Part shown: positions 40,528-51,138 of the stretch, in pieces
Numbering within the stretch: the stretch's first letter is position 1
How the letters are laid out: every line of letters begins with the position of its first letter
The notes under the pieces: generated by a model
Databases searched by the model: none
What the model saw: the letters and a program-made list of their open reading frames with translations, nothing else
Told to the model about the DNA's origin: nothing
NCBI GenBank assembly: GCA_963769425.1
Contig: CAVYLP010000004.1
Span: 1-64,000 of the forward strand
Direction: 5' to 3'
From: Candidatus Bathyarchaeota archaeon
GTDB lineage: Archaea; Thermoproteota; Bathyarchaeia; TCS64
DNA length: 64,000 nucleotides
Translations under genes and position numbers: made by a program

Positions 40528-40713
40528 ATGTCCGTGCTCAGAATATTCTTTTTCCCCGTGGGAGTCTTCCTCGTCTTCATCGGCACCGTCCTCGCCCTCG
40601 ATTCACCTTTCATGAAGGCGTCCCTCGACGGCGTCAAGTTCATCAGGAAGAACAGGCGCGTCGTTGGGATAGCGATGGTCCTCGTCGGCTTCGCCGTCAT
40701 GGCACTCAGCTGA
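40528..40713 (+). CDS. Small two-TM membrane protein
   Basis: 61 aa, two hydrophobic helices around a basic loop, host-like codon usage. Confidence 0.5.
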   Translation: MSVLRIFFFPVGVFLVFIGTVLALDSPFMKASLDGVKFIRKNRRVVGIAMVLVGFAVMALS

Positions 40714-40766
40714 ACCGGCGAAACAATCATCTAATCGATCGCCACCCTTGTTCAGCGGAGATTTGC

Positions 40767-41096
40767 ATGATCTACGAGTGGAGAGTCTACGAGGCCTACC
40801 CGGGCAGGATGGACGCACTAAACGAGCGCTTCGCCAAGACCACCCTCAAGTACTTCGAGAAGCACGGCATCAAGGTGATAGGGTTCTGGACCGCCCTCAT
40901 CGGCACCAGCAACGTCCTCTACTACATGCTCGCGTACGACGACCTCGCCCACAGGGAGAGGGCGTGGAACGCCTTCAGCACCGACCCCGGCTGGGTCAAG
41001 GCGCGCACCGAGACAGAGCAGAGGGCCGGCGGCCCCCTCACGGAGAGGATCGTGAACATGATCCTCAAGCCCACCGACTACTCCCCAATGAAGTAA
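40767..41096 (+). CDS. NIPSNAP family protein
   Basis: IYEWRVYEAYPG...FEKHGIKVIGFW...DPGW...ILKPTDYSP. Confidence 0.88.
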   Translation: MIYEWRVYEAYPGRMDALNERFAKTTLKYFEKHGIKVIGFWTALIGTSNVLYYMLAYDDLAHRERAWNAFSTDPGWVKARTETEQRAGGPLTERIVNMILKPTDYSPMK

Positions 41097-41233
41097 CTGG
41101 AGCCCTCAATTTACTAAAAAGTTCTCAATTTCTTAGCTCCATAGAGCCTCCCGGGGTGAATGGCTTTAAAAATGTCACAAAATGGGCATTTTAACACACC
41201 AAGACGATCATTAGGAAATTTAGAGACGACTCG

Positions 41234-42145
41234 TCACTCCTCGTGCATCTTAATCGCGTCGTATAGCCCTGCGATGAGAAACTGAACGCCGACGCCAAGG
41301 AAGAGCCCAGAGTCGAAGACGAGGCTATCATACCTCTGCCTGAGCGAGGGCACCTCGAACCCAACTCTGAACGACTGGAGCAGTGAGTACCCCTGTGGCA
41401 ACCCGAAGGGAACATACCCCTCCATGACGAGGGACCTGTGCCCCCCGGTTTCGTTCCTCCAGTAAATGGTCTCACCCACCGGCTGGGGCACGGCCTCGGT
41501 GACGCGAGAGTCTGGGGGGAGCTCCACCATCAGGGAGACGAACGGGTTCCCCCCCATTGGGACCGCCTCGGGCCTAGCCGCGGAGAGCGCGGCTGAGTCA
41601 CTGTTCGAGAAGGGCACTAGGAGCTCGTAGCTTGTGTAGCTCGTCTTCTCAGCGACCCCGTACCACCTGAAAGATAACAGGACTCTGTATATTTCGCTCT
41701 TAGAGACGGGTTTGAAGGTGTAAGACATGATAGTGACGCCCTCAGCTTCTACCCACTCGGCTGAGGCGTCGCCGACGTAGTAGATCTCCTTCTTCTCTTC
41801 ATCAAACCCAACGATCTTGAAGAAGGCGAAATCCACCTTGTTGGGCACCTGGAGGCCCAATGTAACATTTCCTTCCGGGTTCATGCCGACCTCGACGTCG
41901 AGGGTACAGTCCGCGTACCCGCCATCGAGCGAGACGGACTCAACGACAAACGTAATGTTATTCGCGCTGATGCCCCCATACGCGAACGGTAGAATACCAT
42001 AGTATGGCAGCGTCGCGGTCGGGGGACCCCTCGACAGCTCGAGGAAGTCCCCTACGCCGACAGCCGTGAAGACCAGTCCCACGATGAGAGGAAAATACAC
42101 CACTGCGGCCTGCACGAGGGTACGCCGGGAGTAGCGGGGGGCCAT
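41234..42145 (-). CDS. Hypothetical membrane protein with N- and C-terminal TM anchors
   Basis: Hydrophobic termini around a beta-rich middle. Confidence 0.6.
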   Translation of the reverse strand: MAPRYSRRTLVQAAVVYFPLIVGLVFTAVGVGDFLELSRGPPTATLPYYGILPFAYGGISANNITFVVESVSLDGGYADCTLDVEVGMNPEGNVTLGLQVPNKVDFAFFKIVGFDEEKKEIYYVGDASAEWVEAEGVTIMSYTFKPVSKSEIYRVLLSFRWYGVAEKTSYTSYELLVPFSNSDSAALSAARPEAVPMGGNPFVSLMVELPPDSRVTEAVPQPVGETIYWRNETGGHRSLVMEGYVPFGLPQGYSLLQSFRVGFEVPSLRQRYDSLVFDSGLFLGVGVQFLIAGLYDAIKMHEE

Positions 42146-42288
42146 AGATTAAGCTCACCTGGGGCGAATAAAGCATTTAGTGTAAACAAACAACAAATGG
42201 TCATACGACGCCGTGGTGCGTATACTGAACCATTCAATCTTTACGCAATTATTTTTTTCATTATCTATGGTGGTGCAAGTTGGTGGGG

Positions 42289-43739
42289 CTAAGGTAGGGC
42301 ATTCGCCTCCGCTATCCGTCTGAAGACTGTGGCTGACGCCTTCGGCGTCCGCCTCTTCGAGGCGGGATCGACCGAGTAGAGCCCAAACTTGACCTTGTAC
42401 CCGCTCGACCACTCGAGGTTGTCGATGAGGCTCCAGTGGTAGTAGCCGCGCACTGGGACGCCGTCGAGCTCCACCGCCCTCTGGATAGCGTCGAGGTGCC
42501 CGACCAGGTATCTCTCCCTCATCGAGTCGGAGGCGTCCGCTATCCCGTTCTCCGTAACGTAGATCGGCCTCCTGTACCTGCTGTACGCCCAGTCGAGGAC
42601 CCAGCGCAGCCCCTCCGGGTAGGTGTCGAAGCCTATGTCGCTCGGGTCCACGGCGGGTGCGAAGCCGTAGTCGAGGCGCGGGTCGCCCCCCTTCGGGACG
42701 TGCTTCACAAGCCTCCTCATGTAGTAGTTGACCCCAATCCAGTCACACCCCTTGACTAGGTGGGGGAGCATCTCGTCCCCCTCCACGAGGCCGTCCGCGT
42801 CCATGTCATAGTCACCCCGGAAGACGGCGTTCAAGCTCCACTCGTTGAAGAGGTAGTCGTTGAAGGCAGTAGCCCTGACGTCCGCGTCACTCGCCGGATC
42901 GGCGGGCTCGTGGTAGTGGAGAACCGCGACGATCCCCACGCTAGCGGGTCCAAGTGGACCCGCCGAGGTGGTGTCCCACCTCTTCACCTGCTCGTACGCC
43001 AGCCCGTGCGACATCGAGAGGTGCCTCATCGCCGCCATGAAGGTGCCGAAGTCGTTCAGCCCCGGCGGGAACTCTCCCCCGTCGAGGAAGCCGTGATCTG
43101 AGACTATCTTCACCTCGTTTATCGTCCCCCAGAGGTCGACGAGGTCCCCGAAGGCGTAGGCCGCATAGGCGCAGTACTTCGCGAACTCGATGAGCGTCCC
43201 CTCGTCGAGCCAGCCTCGCTTCCCGACCGGCGCGGCTCCGTCGCGGGTCGCTATCGGGTCATGCAACCACAGGGGTATAGGCCAGTGGTAGAGTGTGACC
43301 ATCGGCTCCATGCCTCGGGCCCTGCACTCGGCGAGGATGCTCCGGTACCTCCTCACGGCTGCCTTATCCGCGAGGCGTGTAGGCTCTTCATGGCCCTGTC
43401 ATCCACCCTGACTTTCTCGACGTTCCCGAACCTGTCCCTGTACACCTCCACCGGGACGTCCCCTGTCGAGCCGGGGAAGATTCTCGCCCAGTCGAGGCTC
43501 ATCCTGAAGGAGTTGCACCCGAGCCCCCGGGCGAGTCCGAGGTCACGCTTGTAGAGTTCCCAGAACCCCGGCCCCTCCTCGGGGACGTCGCCGCTGACCC
43601 AGCCCCTCCTCTTATTCTCCGCGTCGTGGACCCAGGCCCACCAGTCCGAACCCTCCGCGTCGTCGCCCCTCCCCATCTCCACCTGGAACGAGGAGGTCGC
43701 CACGCCCCACAGGAACCCCTCAGGGAAAGCGCCGCCCAA
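42289..43739 (-). CDS. Glycoside hydrolase family 1 beta-glycosidase (frameshift near 43360)
   Basis: FLWGVATSSFQVE, RMSLDWARIFP, TLYHW, TINE (acid/base), VTENG (nucleophile), DNLEW. Confidence 0.92.
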
Positions 43740-43840
43740 AACACATCGATCAACGCTTACCCGAGGCCCCATATAACACCTGAGTCCAACCCCACAGGCT
43801 TTGATCAACGTTTTATTCACCTTGAACCCGTCCCTATACT

Positions 43841-44770
43841 ATGCCTGAATTCGGAGTCACCCATGAGTCCGCCGACCTGAAGCGTGTTCTCGTCCACCAC
43901 CCCGGGAGGGAGCTGGAGCTCGCTAACCGGGACCCAGTCGCCCACCACTTCGACTGCGCCGTGGACATAGAGCAGTTCCAGAGCGACCACCGGATGCTAA
44001 TGGACGCCCTGACGGAGGCTGGCGTAGAGGTCCTCGACGTCGGCACCCTCCTCGCCGACGACAAGCAGATGCAGGGACTCATCCAGCACGCCCCTAACCT
44101 CGTCTTCACCCGCGACTCGAGCACCGTCACCGAGGCGGGCGCCATACTCTTCCGCATGGGCCTCCCCAGTAGACGTGCCGAGACCCCCATAATTAGAGCC
44201 GCACACGAGGCTGCGGGTACCCCAATCGCCCACCAACTCAAGGAACCCGAGACCTTCGAGGGGGGAGGCTTCGCACTCCTCGAGGGCAAGGTGGCCGTCG
44301 CCGGCCTCTGCGACCGCGCCACACAGGGCGCACTTAACGACCTCGGCGACTTCCTCCTCAAGGAGCAGATAATCGACCAGTTCATCCAGCTCAACATGCC
44401 AAAGGGATACGTCCACATAGACGGCGAGTTCGCCGAGCTACCCGGTAAACGAGCCATAGCCCACCGCAGCTCCCTCGAGGAGAACCCCGCCACGTTCCAC
44501 ACACGAACCGAGGCTTGGGACGGCAGCTTCCTAGAGTGGCTCGTAGACGACGACTACGACATCATAGAGATCACGGATCAGGAGTGCAACGACATGGCCG
44601 CCAACTTCCTAACCGTCCACAGCGACCTCTGCATCCACTACACGGGGAACCCGCGTGTCATGAAGGAGGTCAGGGACCGCGGCATCGAGGTCATTCAGAT
44701 ACCGGGGGACGAGATGCGCAGGGGCTGCGGCGGTATCCACTGCATGACCTGCCCAGTCCTAAGGATCTAA
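43841..44770 (+). CDS. Arginine deiminase / amidinotransferase superfamily protein
   Basis: PNLVFTRD, FEGGG, HID and GGIHCMTCP. Confidence 0.85.
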   Translation: MPEFGVTHESADLKRVLVHHPGRELELANRDPVAHHFDCAVDIEQFQSDHRMLMDALTEAGVEVLDVGTLLADDKQMQGLIQHAPNLVFTRDSSTVTEAGAILFRMGLPSRRAETPIIRAAHEAAGTPIAHQLKEPETFEGGGFALLEGKVAVAGLCDRATQGALNDLGDFLLKEQIIDQFIQLNMPKGYVHIDGEFAELPGKRAIAHRSSLEENPATFHTRTEAWDGSFLEWLVDDDYDIIEITDQECNDMAANFLTVHSDLCIHYTGNPRVMKEVRDRGIEVIQIPGDEMRRGCGGIHCMTCPVLRI

Positions 44771-44860
44771 CCCCTCCAAGCCGAACCCTAATCTGAATAG
44801 AACCGTCTTAATTTTCGATAATTCATTTCCCGAGGGGAAATACAAAATAATCTGTAAATA

Positions 44861-44874
44861 GTTTTATATAAAAC
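44861..44874. promoter_or_regulatory. Perfect palindrome over the TATA region of the MarR gene
   Basis: GTTTTATATAAAAC, 34 nt before the MarR ATG. Confidence 0.5.
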
Positions 44875-44907
44875 AGTCTCAGGGTAAACTATTCGCCGGC
44901 GTTAACC

Positions 44908-45354
44908 ATGAGCAGGACACAGGGAGGATACCTGATCTCGAAGATCCACCAGACCTCGGACAGGATATTCGCGAAGCTCCTCAAGGAGGCGGGGGTAGAG
45001 GAGATAAACCCCGCCCAGGGCAGGATACTCTTCGCCCTGTGGAAGAAGGACGACGTCCCAATCACGGAGCTCGCGAATGAGACCATGCTACACAAGTCCA
45101 CCCTAACGAAGATGCTCGACACTCTGGAGGAGACTGGCCACATAGCCAGAGAAGCGTCCCCAACGGATCGCAGAACGATCCACATCAAGCTAACCGAAAA
45201 GAACAGGCAACTGAGGAGAAGATACGACGAGGTCTCCGAGGAGATGAGGGAGATCTACTACAAGGGGTTCACGCAGCAAGAGGTTGAGCAGTTGGGTGGT
45301 CTCCTCACCCGGGTCCTGGGAAACCTCGTGGATTACACCGGCGAAGATGAATGA
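44908..45354 (+). CDS. MarR family regulator
   Basis: INPAQGRILFAL...KSTLTKMLDTLE...DRR...LTEK. Confidence 0.9.
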   Translation: MSRTQGGYLISKIHQTSDRIFAKLLKEAGVEEINPAQGRILFALWKKDDVPITELANETMLHKSTLTKMLDTLEETGHIAREASPTDRRTIHIKLTEKNRQLRRRYDEVSEEMREIYYKGFTQQEVEQLGGLLTRVLGNLVDYTGEDE

Positions 45355-45365
45355 GGTAAGGAAAA

Positions 45366-45983
45366 GTGGAGTTTTACGAAGCAGTCAGAAAGAGAAGAAC
45401 GGTCAGGGAGTTCGACGCAAGACCAGTGGAGACCGAGAAGATTCGGCGCGTCCTCGAGGCGGGGCTAAGGGCACCTGCTAACGCCCACCTAAAGGACTGG
45501 GAGTTCATACTCCTGCGCGACCCGGAGAACCGGAGGAGGGCACTGGTAGACGCCCTCAAGGCAAGGGACCTCAAGGACAAGAAAGGGGTAGAGGAGCTCA
45601 TCAAGACGATGCCTTACGAGGAGCTGAAGGAGGTCTACAGGAAGTCCCTCCCCATCCAGCTCACGATGATGCTCGAGGCACCAGAGCTACTTATAGTCTG
45701 CTACAAGATGAGGAAGCCCCTCGGGGAGGTAAAGTCCATGTTCGAGCTAAACAACCTGGCATCTGCCTGGTGTTGTGTCGAGAACATAGTCCTCGCGATG
45801 GCGGCCGAGGGCTTGTACGGGTGCACCTACTCCCCGTACAACACGGCGGGCCTGAAGGATTACCTTGGGCTACCGAAGGACATGGAGATCGCCGTACTGA
45901 TTCCGATCGGCTACCCTAAACATGAACCTGAGGAGAGGGAACCGGAGAACCTAGAAAAAAGACTTCACATCGACAAGTGGTGA
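45366..45983 (+). CDS. Nitroreductase family protein
   Basis: KRRTVREF, APANAHLKDWEF, LAMAAEGL and IGYP. Confidence 0.9.
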   Translation: MEFYEAVRKRRTVREFDARPVETEKIRRVLEAGLRAPANAHLKDWEFILLRDPENRRRALVDALKARDLKDKKGVEELIKTMPYEELKEVYRKSLPIQLTMMLEAPELLIVCYKMRKPLGEVKSMFELNNLASAWCCVENIVLAMAAEGLYGCTYSPYNTAGLKDYLGLPKDMEIAVLIPIGYPKHEPEEREPENLEKRLHIDKW

Positions 45984-46017
45984 ATTATAGGGTTACATAA
46001 TGCTTTTTTCGATGTGC

Positions 46018-47661
46018 TTAATCGAATGGTATCGTCGCCCTTTTTGCTTTCCACCCCTGCGGCTTCGTCCCATCTATACCCATACCTCCGCCTCGGAGCA
46101 CCACGTCTTCCGCGGGCTGGAACCTCGTCGCGGTCCCCCAGACTACCTGCCTGAGGTCCCGGGCGTCGATGTCCCCGTCGACGCAGATGGTGAGCCCGGG
46201 GCCGTTGATAGACTCAGCGAGGGCCGCCTTCGCGTCCGAGCCCTCCGCCATCTTCAGTACGCGTAGGCGGGCGTCCCCCAATGGGTAAGTGACCTCCGCC
46301 ACGCCGAGGCGTTGCAGGCTCTCGTCGGCTTCGACTTCAGACATCTTCCGAGGTGGGCCAGTGGCGTCGACGATCGCCTTCGACGCGGTGCCGTCGGGTG
46401 ACGATGAGGGGTCGAGCCTGTGGCAGAAGACCCCCCTGAGCATCTCGACGCCAGACCCAAGCTCCATGTCGCACCTCTCGGCCATGGCCCCCAGCGAGGC
46501 GTTGAGGTCCCCGACGTCGACGTCCTCAGGGAGGAGCACGACGAGCTTCAGGTAAGGGTCGAGGCCGAGGATGAGGAGCCCGACCTGCTTCGCGTAGCCG
46601 GGGACGGCCCTCGCCGTCGCCTCCATGGAGACGAGGCAGACGTAGTGGGTCCCGGAGACGGGCCACGACATGTCGCGGACCGCGGGCATCGGGGTGAATG
46701 CACTCACCGCGCTGTAGATGCGCGCCTGCTTCGGCAGCCCGCTGAGGAGGAGGTGCTCGTCTGAGTTGCTCGGCATTATTGTCTGGTAGATGGCGTCGCG
46801 CCGCATTGTGACGCAGCCCACCTCGAAGACGTTCCTCGTGGAGCGCCCGCTCAGGTAGCCGGTGTACTCGGTGAAGGGGCCCTCGTCCTCCTCCTCGAGG
46901 GTTATCCTGCCCTCAAGCACCATCTCCGCGTCGGCGGGCACCGGGACATCAACTGATTCACCGGGGACGAGCCTCAGCGGCTCACCGATTAGCGAGCCCG
47001 CGACAGCATACTCGCCCGTTATCTTCGCTGCGGCGGCGAGGTAGAGCGCCGGGTGGGCGCCGATGATTACTGCCACGTCGAGGGGCCTCTCCGCTGCCTT
47101 TGCCTTCTCGAAGTAGCTCCAGAGGTTCCCCCTGCTGTGGAGGGTGGTCCCGATCTTCGACCCACCCTTGAGCTGCATCCTCGCGTAGCTCAGATTCACC
47201 ACCTCCGGATTCGCCGGGTCCCTCGCGGCGACGAGCCCGCTGGTGATGTACCTCCCCGCGTCCTGCTCGTAGAACCTCAGGATCGGCAGCTTGGTTAGGT
47301 CGATTTCGTCGCCCCTGAGCTTTACCTCCTTCACTGGGCCACTGGGGACGGTCACTGGCTCGATGTTCTGGGCCATAAGTGCGCCCCACTCCCGGTACAT
47401 GTCGGGGCGGGTGGCCACGGGGTGCGACGCCCCCTCAAGCGCCAGCTTGATCCTGTCGACGTGGCCGAAGAGGTTCACGAGCACGGGCTCCCTGAAGCCT
47501 CTTACATTCTCAAAAAGGAGGGCGGGGTTACCGGGGGTGTGGGCGGCCTCCTCCACCCTCCTCGTGACGTCGTACTCGTGGCTCACGGGCTCCGAGACCC
47601 TCACGAGCTGGCCGGGGAGCTCACGCTCAACCCTCTCCAAGTAGGTCCTGAGGTCGCGCAT
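46018..47661 (-). CDS. ubiD: UbiD family prFMN-dependent (de)carboxylase
   Basis: PALLFENV, DAGRYIT, EGPFTEYTGY and IVDAT; second C-terminal-like repeat (VDGDID...WGTATRFQP...GIDGTKP). Confidence 0.88.
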   Translation of the reverse strand: MRDLRTYLERVERELPGQLVRVSEPVSHEYDVTRRVEEAAHTPGNPALLFENVRGFREPVLVNLFGHVDRIKLALEGASHPVATRPDMYREWGALMAQNIEPVTVPSGPVKEVKLRGDEIDLTKLPILRFYEQDAGRYITSGLVAARDPANPEVVNLSYARMQLKGGSKIGTTLHSRGNLWSYFEKAKAAERPLDVAVIIGAHPALYLAAAAKITGEYAVAGSLIGEPLRLVPGESVDVPVPADAEMVLEGRITLEEEDEGPFTEYTGYLSGRSTRNVFEVGCVTMRRDAIYQTIMPSNSDEHLLLSGLPKQARIYSAVSAFTPMPAVRDMSWPVSGTHYVCLVSMEATARAVPGYAKQVGLLILGLDPYLKLVVLLPEDVDVGDLNASLGAMAERCDMELGSGVEMLRGVFCHRLDPSSSPDGTASKAIVDATGPPRKMSEVEADESLQRLGVAEVTYPLGDARLRVLKMAEGSDAKAALAESINGPGLTICVDGDIDARDLRQVVWGTATRFQPAEDVVLRGGGMGIDGTKPQGWKAKRATIPFD

Positions 47662-47700
47662 GGGTAGAGGTGGGTCAAACCCGATAAAAGGCCGTCGAGG

Positions 47701-49402
47701 CTACTTGAAGAGCTCGGGCTGGAACTCCTTGAACCCCTCGGGGAAGTCCCACGGGTCGACGACGAACTCGACCATCGCGGGGACTCCGAGTTCGTTCTCC
47801 TTCTTCGCCCTCCTGAGTGCCTTCTTCACGTCATTCGGGTCGGTCACCCGGACGCCGTAGCACCCCGAGGCCTGGGCTATCTTCACGAAGTCGGGCTGAG
47901 CCTCGAAGTCGACTGCTATGTACCTCTCCCTGTTCGCCCTCTCGTGGAGCTTTATCCACCCGAGGCTGTAGTTGTTGAGGACCACCCACGTGACGGGGGC
48001 CTTGTGCTGAACCGCGGTTGGCATCTCCTTCATGAACATCTGGAAGGCGCCGTCCCCAGTCGTGCAGACGACGGGCCTCTCGGGGGCCGCCAGCTTCGCA
48101 CCTATGCACCCCGCGACGGCGAGTCCCATGCAGGTCTGCTCCGCCGGTGCCACGCAGCCGTCAAGGGCCCCCACCGCCCAGTATGGCCAGTAGTAGCTCC
48201 ATAGGTCTTGGCTGCCGTTCTCGTTCACTAGCACCGTCTTCGGCCCGAAGACGCGACACGCCTCGTAGATGGCCCTCTTCGTCTTGATGGGCTTCGAGGC
48301 GTCGCCGCACTCGGCGTAGACCTCGGCCATGTAGGCGGCCGTCGCCTCGACTATGCCCTTGACGCGTGGCATCTTAGAGAGGGGTGTCTTCTTCAATCCG
48401 CCCGCGGCAGTAGGTGAGCAGGTCCCGAAGGAAGAGCTTCGCGTCCCCCACGACGGGCACGGCCGGCTGGAAGTTACGCCCAAGCTCCGAGGGGTCTATG
48501 TCCACCTGGATCAGTGCGGCGCCCTCCGGGTAGTACCGCCACGCGGCTGTCTGGAACTCCTCGTTCCTGCTCCCCAGCGAGATGACGAGGTCCGCGGACT
48601 GGTATGCATCCCGCCCTAGCCTCGTCCTGTAGAGGCCGACTTGCCCAAGGGACAGCGGGTGGGTCTCGGGGATGACCCCCCGGCCGCTCGGCGTCGTCAA
48701 CACCGGCGCCCCGAAGAGCTCAGCCAGCTTCACCAGTTCAGTCGAGCAGCCGCTGTAGAGTGCGCCGCCCCCGGCGACTATCACCGGTTTCTTCGCCACG
48801 AGGAGGAGCTCGGCGGCCCTCTTCACGGCATCGGGGTCGGGTCTCGCCCTAATGAAGGGTATCGACGGGTGATATTGGGTATCCTTCACCTTCTCCTGTC
48901 CCACGTCGAAGGGGACCTCGAGGTAGACGGGGCCGGGTTTGCCGTTGACGGTAAGGGTGAGGGCCCGGCTCAGCGCCCAGTTGGCGCGGTCCCCCCGGGG
49001 CACCCTGAAGCCCCACTTCGTTATAGGCCTGAAGAGCTCCATCTGCGGCGCCTCCTGGAACGCTCCCTCCCCCTCGTGTTCGAGGGGCGCGGAGCCGCCG
49101 AGCGCTAGCATGGGGACGCACCCACTCCACGCCTCGAGTACGCCGGGGACGAGGTTGGACACGCCGGGGCCGGGGCTGGCGAAGCAGACGCCCGGGCTTC
49201 TCTTCATCTTCCCGTAGGCGTACGCCATGAATGAGCCGGAGGCCTCATGCCTCACCAGCACGGGCTCGATGTCGGAGTCGTAGAGCGAGTCGTAGAGCGC
49301 GGCGGGGTGGCCGGGGAGGCCGAAGACGTGGCCGACCCCCTCCACCTTTAACCCGCCGACTATCACATCCCAAACGCGTTTACCGGCCAAAAGGGGCACC
49401 AA
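47701..49402 (-). CDS. Thiamine pyrophosphate-dependent enzyme, acetolactate synthase-like (frameshift near 48400)
   Basis: FGLPG, VRHE, GPG, PGPVYLE and TPP motif GDGAF...NN. Confidence 0.9.
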
Positions 49403-49451
49403 GGAAGTATCCCTCTGATGGCTTGATAAATCCTAGGCTCATATCGGGGCT

Positions 49452-49976
49452 TTGAAAAGTGATATCTCCCGAGTGACCCATTCAACTCCCGGGGATGCTG
49501 AGACGAACATCACGGTCTACGAGGACGACTACTTCATCGTCTTGAGCCCCGACCACCCACTTAACTGCAGGGAGGACGGGGGCCACCTGATGATGGTGAA
49601 GAAGGCGGAGGTCACCGACCGATCCGACATGACGGCGGAGGAGGCCATCGACTTCATGCGCGTATCTATGATTGTGGGCAAGGCGATGTACCAAACTCTG
49701 GGAGTCGAGAGGGTAAACTACGAAGACCTCGCCAACTGGGGGCTCGACAACCCCGGCGGACCCAAGATGCACCTCCACTTCTTCGGCAGGGCTAGGAGAC
49801 AGATCCACCAGATCAGGGGGCAGCACATCTCACTCTTCCCGAAGGGGCACCCTATCTACGACGGCCACCTCAAACCATTCACGGAGGAGGAGACACGGAT
49901 TCTCCGCGAGAAGATCGATGAGATCTCCCACGAGGAGAAGTATGTGAAGATGGCCGAGTTAGCGGGTCTGAATTAA
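49452..49976 (+). CDS. HIT-like family protein
   Basis: DGGHL, RVNYEDLANW and MHLHFFGR. Confidence 0.7.
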   Translation: MKSDISRVTHSTPGDAETNITVYEDDYFIVLSPDHPLNCREDGGHLMMVKKAEVTDRSDMTAEEAIDFMRVSMIVGKAMYQTLGVERVNYEDLANWGLDNPGGPKMHLHFFGRARRQIHQIRGQHISLFPKGHPIYDGHLKPFTEEETRILREKIDEISHEEKYVKMAELAGLN

Positions 49977-49987
49977 AAGAGAGTTAT

Positions 49988-50920
49988 TTAGAGAGAGTCG
50001 GGCTGCTTGAGGGATGACTTAGGGGCCTCGTCCTCGTCATCATCTCTCTCAGCCTTCCCTCCGTAGATAAACTGGAGGTCGTCGAAGCTGAGCTTCTCAC
50101 CCGCCGCCATCTTACGCTGGGCCTCCTGGCGAAGCGCCTCGACGCGGGCGTTGACCTTCGCCATTTTGTCCCTCTCGACCTTGAGATCGTCGGCTCGCAG
50201 GCCATCCCGGATGCCGCGTACCTGGAGGCTTATGTCGTCGAGCTCCTGCTCGACCTTCTTAACCTCCCCGAGGTACTCGACAAACTTGGCGTGCGCCTGG
50301 TTCGCCTTCTCCCTCTCCTCGTCCGCCTTCCGGTGGAGTAGGAGCATCGACTCGTGGTGCTTCTGGCTCTCCTCGCGGAACGTGTTCATCTCGTCGCGTA
50401 TCTGGCGGATGTTCATCTCCGTGGCCTTGGCCTCGGCGGTTGCCTCCATAGTGGCCTCGGTCCGTTTTGGCGGCTTCTTGAATGTGCTTAGTCTGCGCCT
50501 CAGGGAATTGGCACGCTCGACGAGTTCAAGTTCTCTTTCTCTGTCCAAGAGTTCGCGCGTCGGGGTCGTCATGACCTCCCACTCAACAGTGTTCAGGTCG
50601 CGCTCCACCCGCTTCTTCTTCGGGAGTTCCCTGTAGCCCTGCTGGACCTGTTGTTCGATGCCTGCGAGTTTCTTCCGCTTCTCGTCGAGTTGATCGTAGA
50701 GGGGCTGGAGCCTATTCTTCACCTCGGCGACTTGGGCGTTGATCTTGTCCCGCTCCTCCTTGTGTTTAATAGCCTCTTCCCGTATCTTCCGGGCGGACTC
50801 GTTTATCCTGTCACGCTCGTCGCGCCAGCGATTGACGTGTTCGAATAATTCGCTCCTTTTTCTTCGGAGATCGGAAGCCATTGTTTCAAGCTGGTCGAGC
50901 TTGAGGTCGTTGCCAGACAT
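49988..50920 (-). CDS. Archaeal coiled-coil protein (COG1340-like)
   Basis: Continuous E/K/R heptads, LEW-type central motif (VEWEVMT), C-terminal GEKLSFDDL. Confidence 0.75.
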   Translation of the reverse strand: MSGNDLKLDQLETMASDLRRKRSELFEHVNRWRDERDRINESARKIREEAIKHKEERDKINAQVAEVKNRLQPLYDQLDEKRKKLAGIEQQVQQGYRELPKKKRVERDLNTVEWEVMTTPTRELLDRERELELVERANSLRRRLSTFKKPPKRTEATMEATAEAKATEMNIRQIRDEMNTFREESQKHHESMLLLHRKADEEREKANQAHAKFVEYLGEVKKVEQELDDISLQVRGIRDGLRADDLKVERDKMAKVNARVEALRQEAQRKMAAGEKLSFDDLQFIYGGKAERDDDEDEAPKSSLKQPDSL

Positions 50921-51138
50921 CAGCAAATACACCGTTTAGGGGTCTCAGACCTACGCCTACTATTCACCTCGCCTCTTATTCAAAAAGGAATCGGCCCCAC
51001 CTCACAGCTCACTTAATAAAAACAGTCATTTCCTCCCCTTTTTAGGCCTAATCGGGAGCTAATTCCCGTTCTTAACAGTTAAATATTTATGTTAATTGAA
51101 GCTAAAACATTGGTTGCCTGTTTCTCAGGCTCGGGGAC

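Noticed and set aside
39990-40730. 246-aa N-terminally extended PurE; similar extensions for ORFs at 23216, 31300, 52990 and 5939
   Set aside because: Homology starts at internal start codons; the extensions overlap promoters or opposite-strand genes
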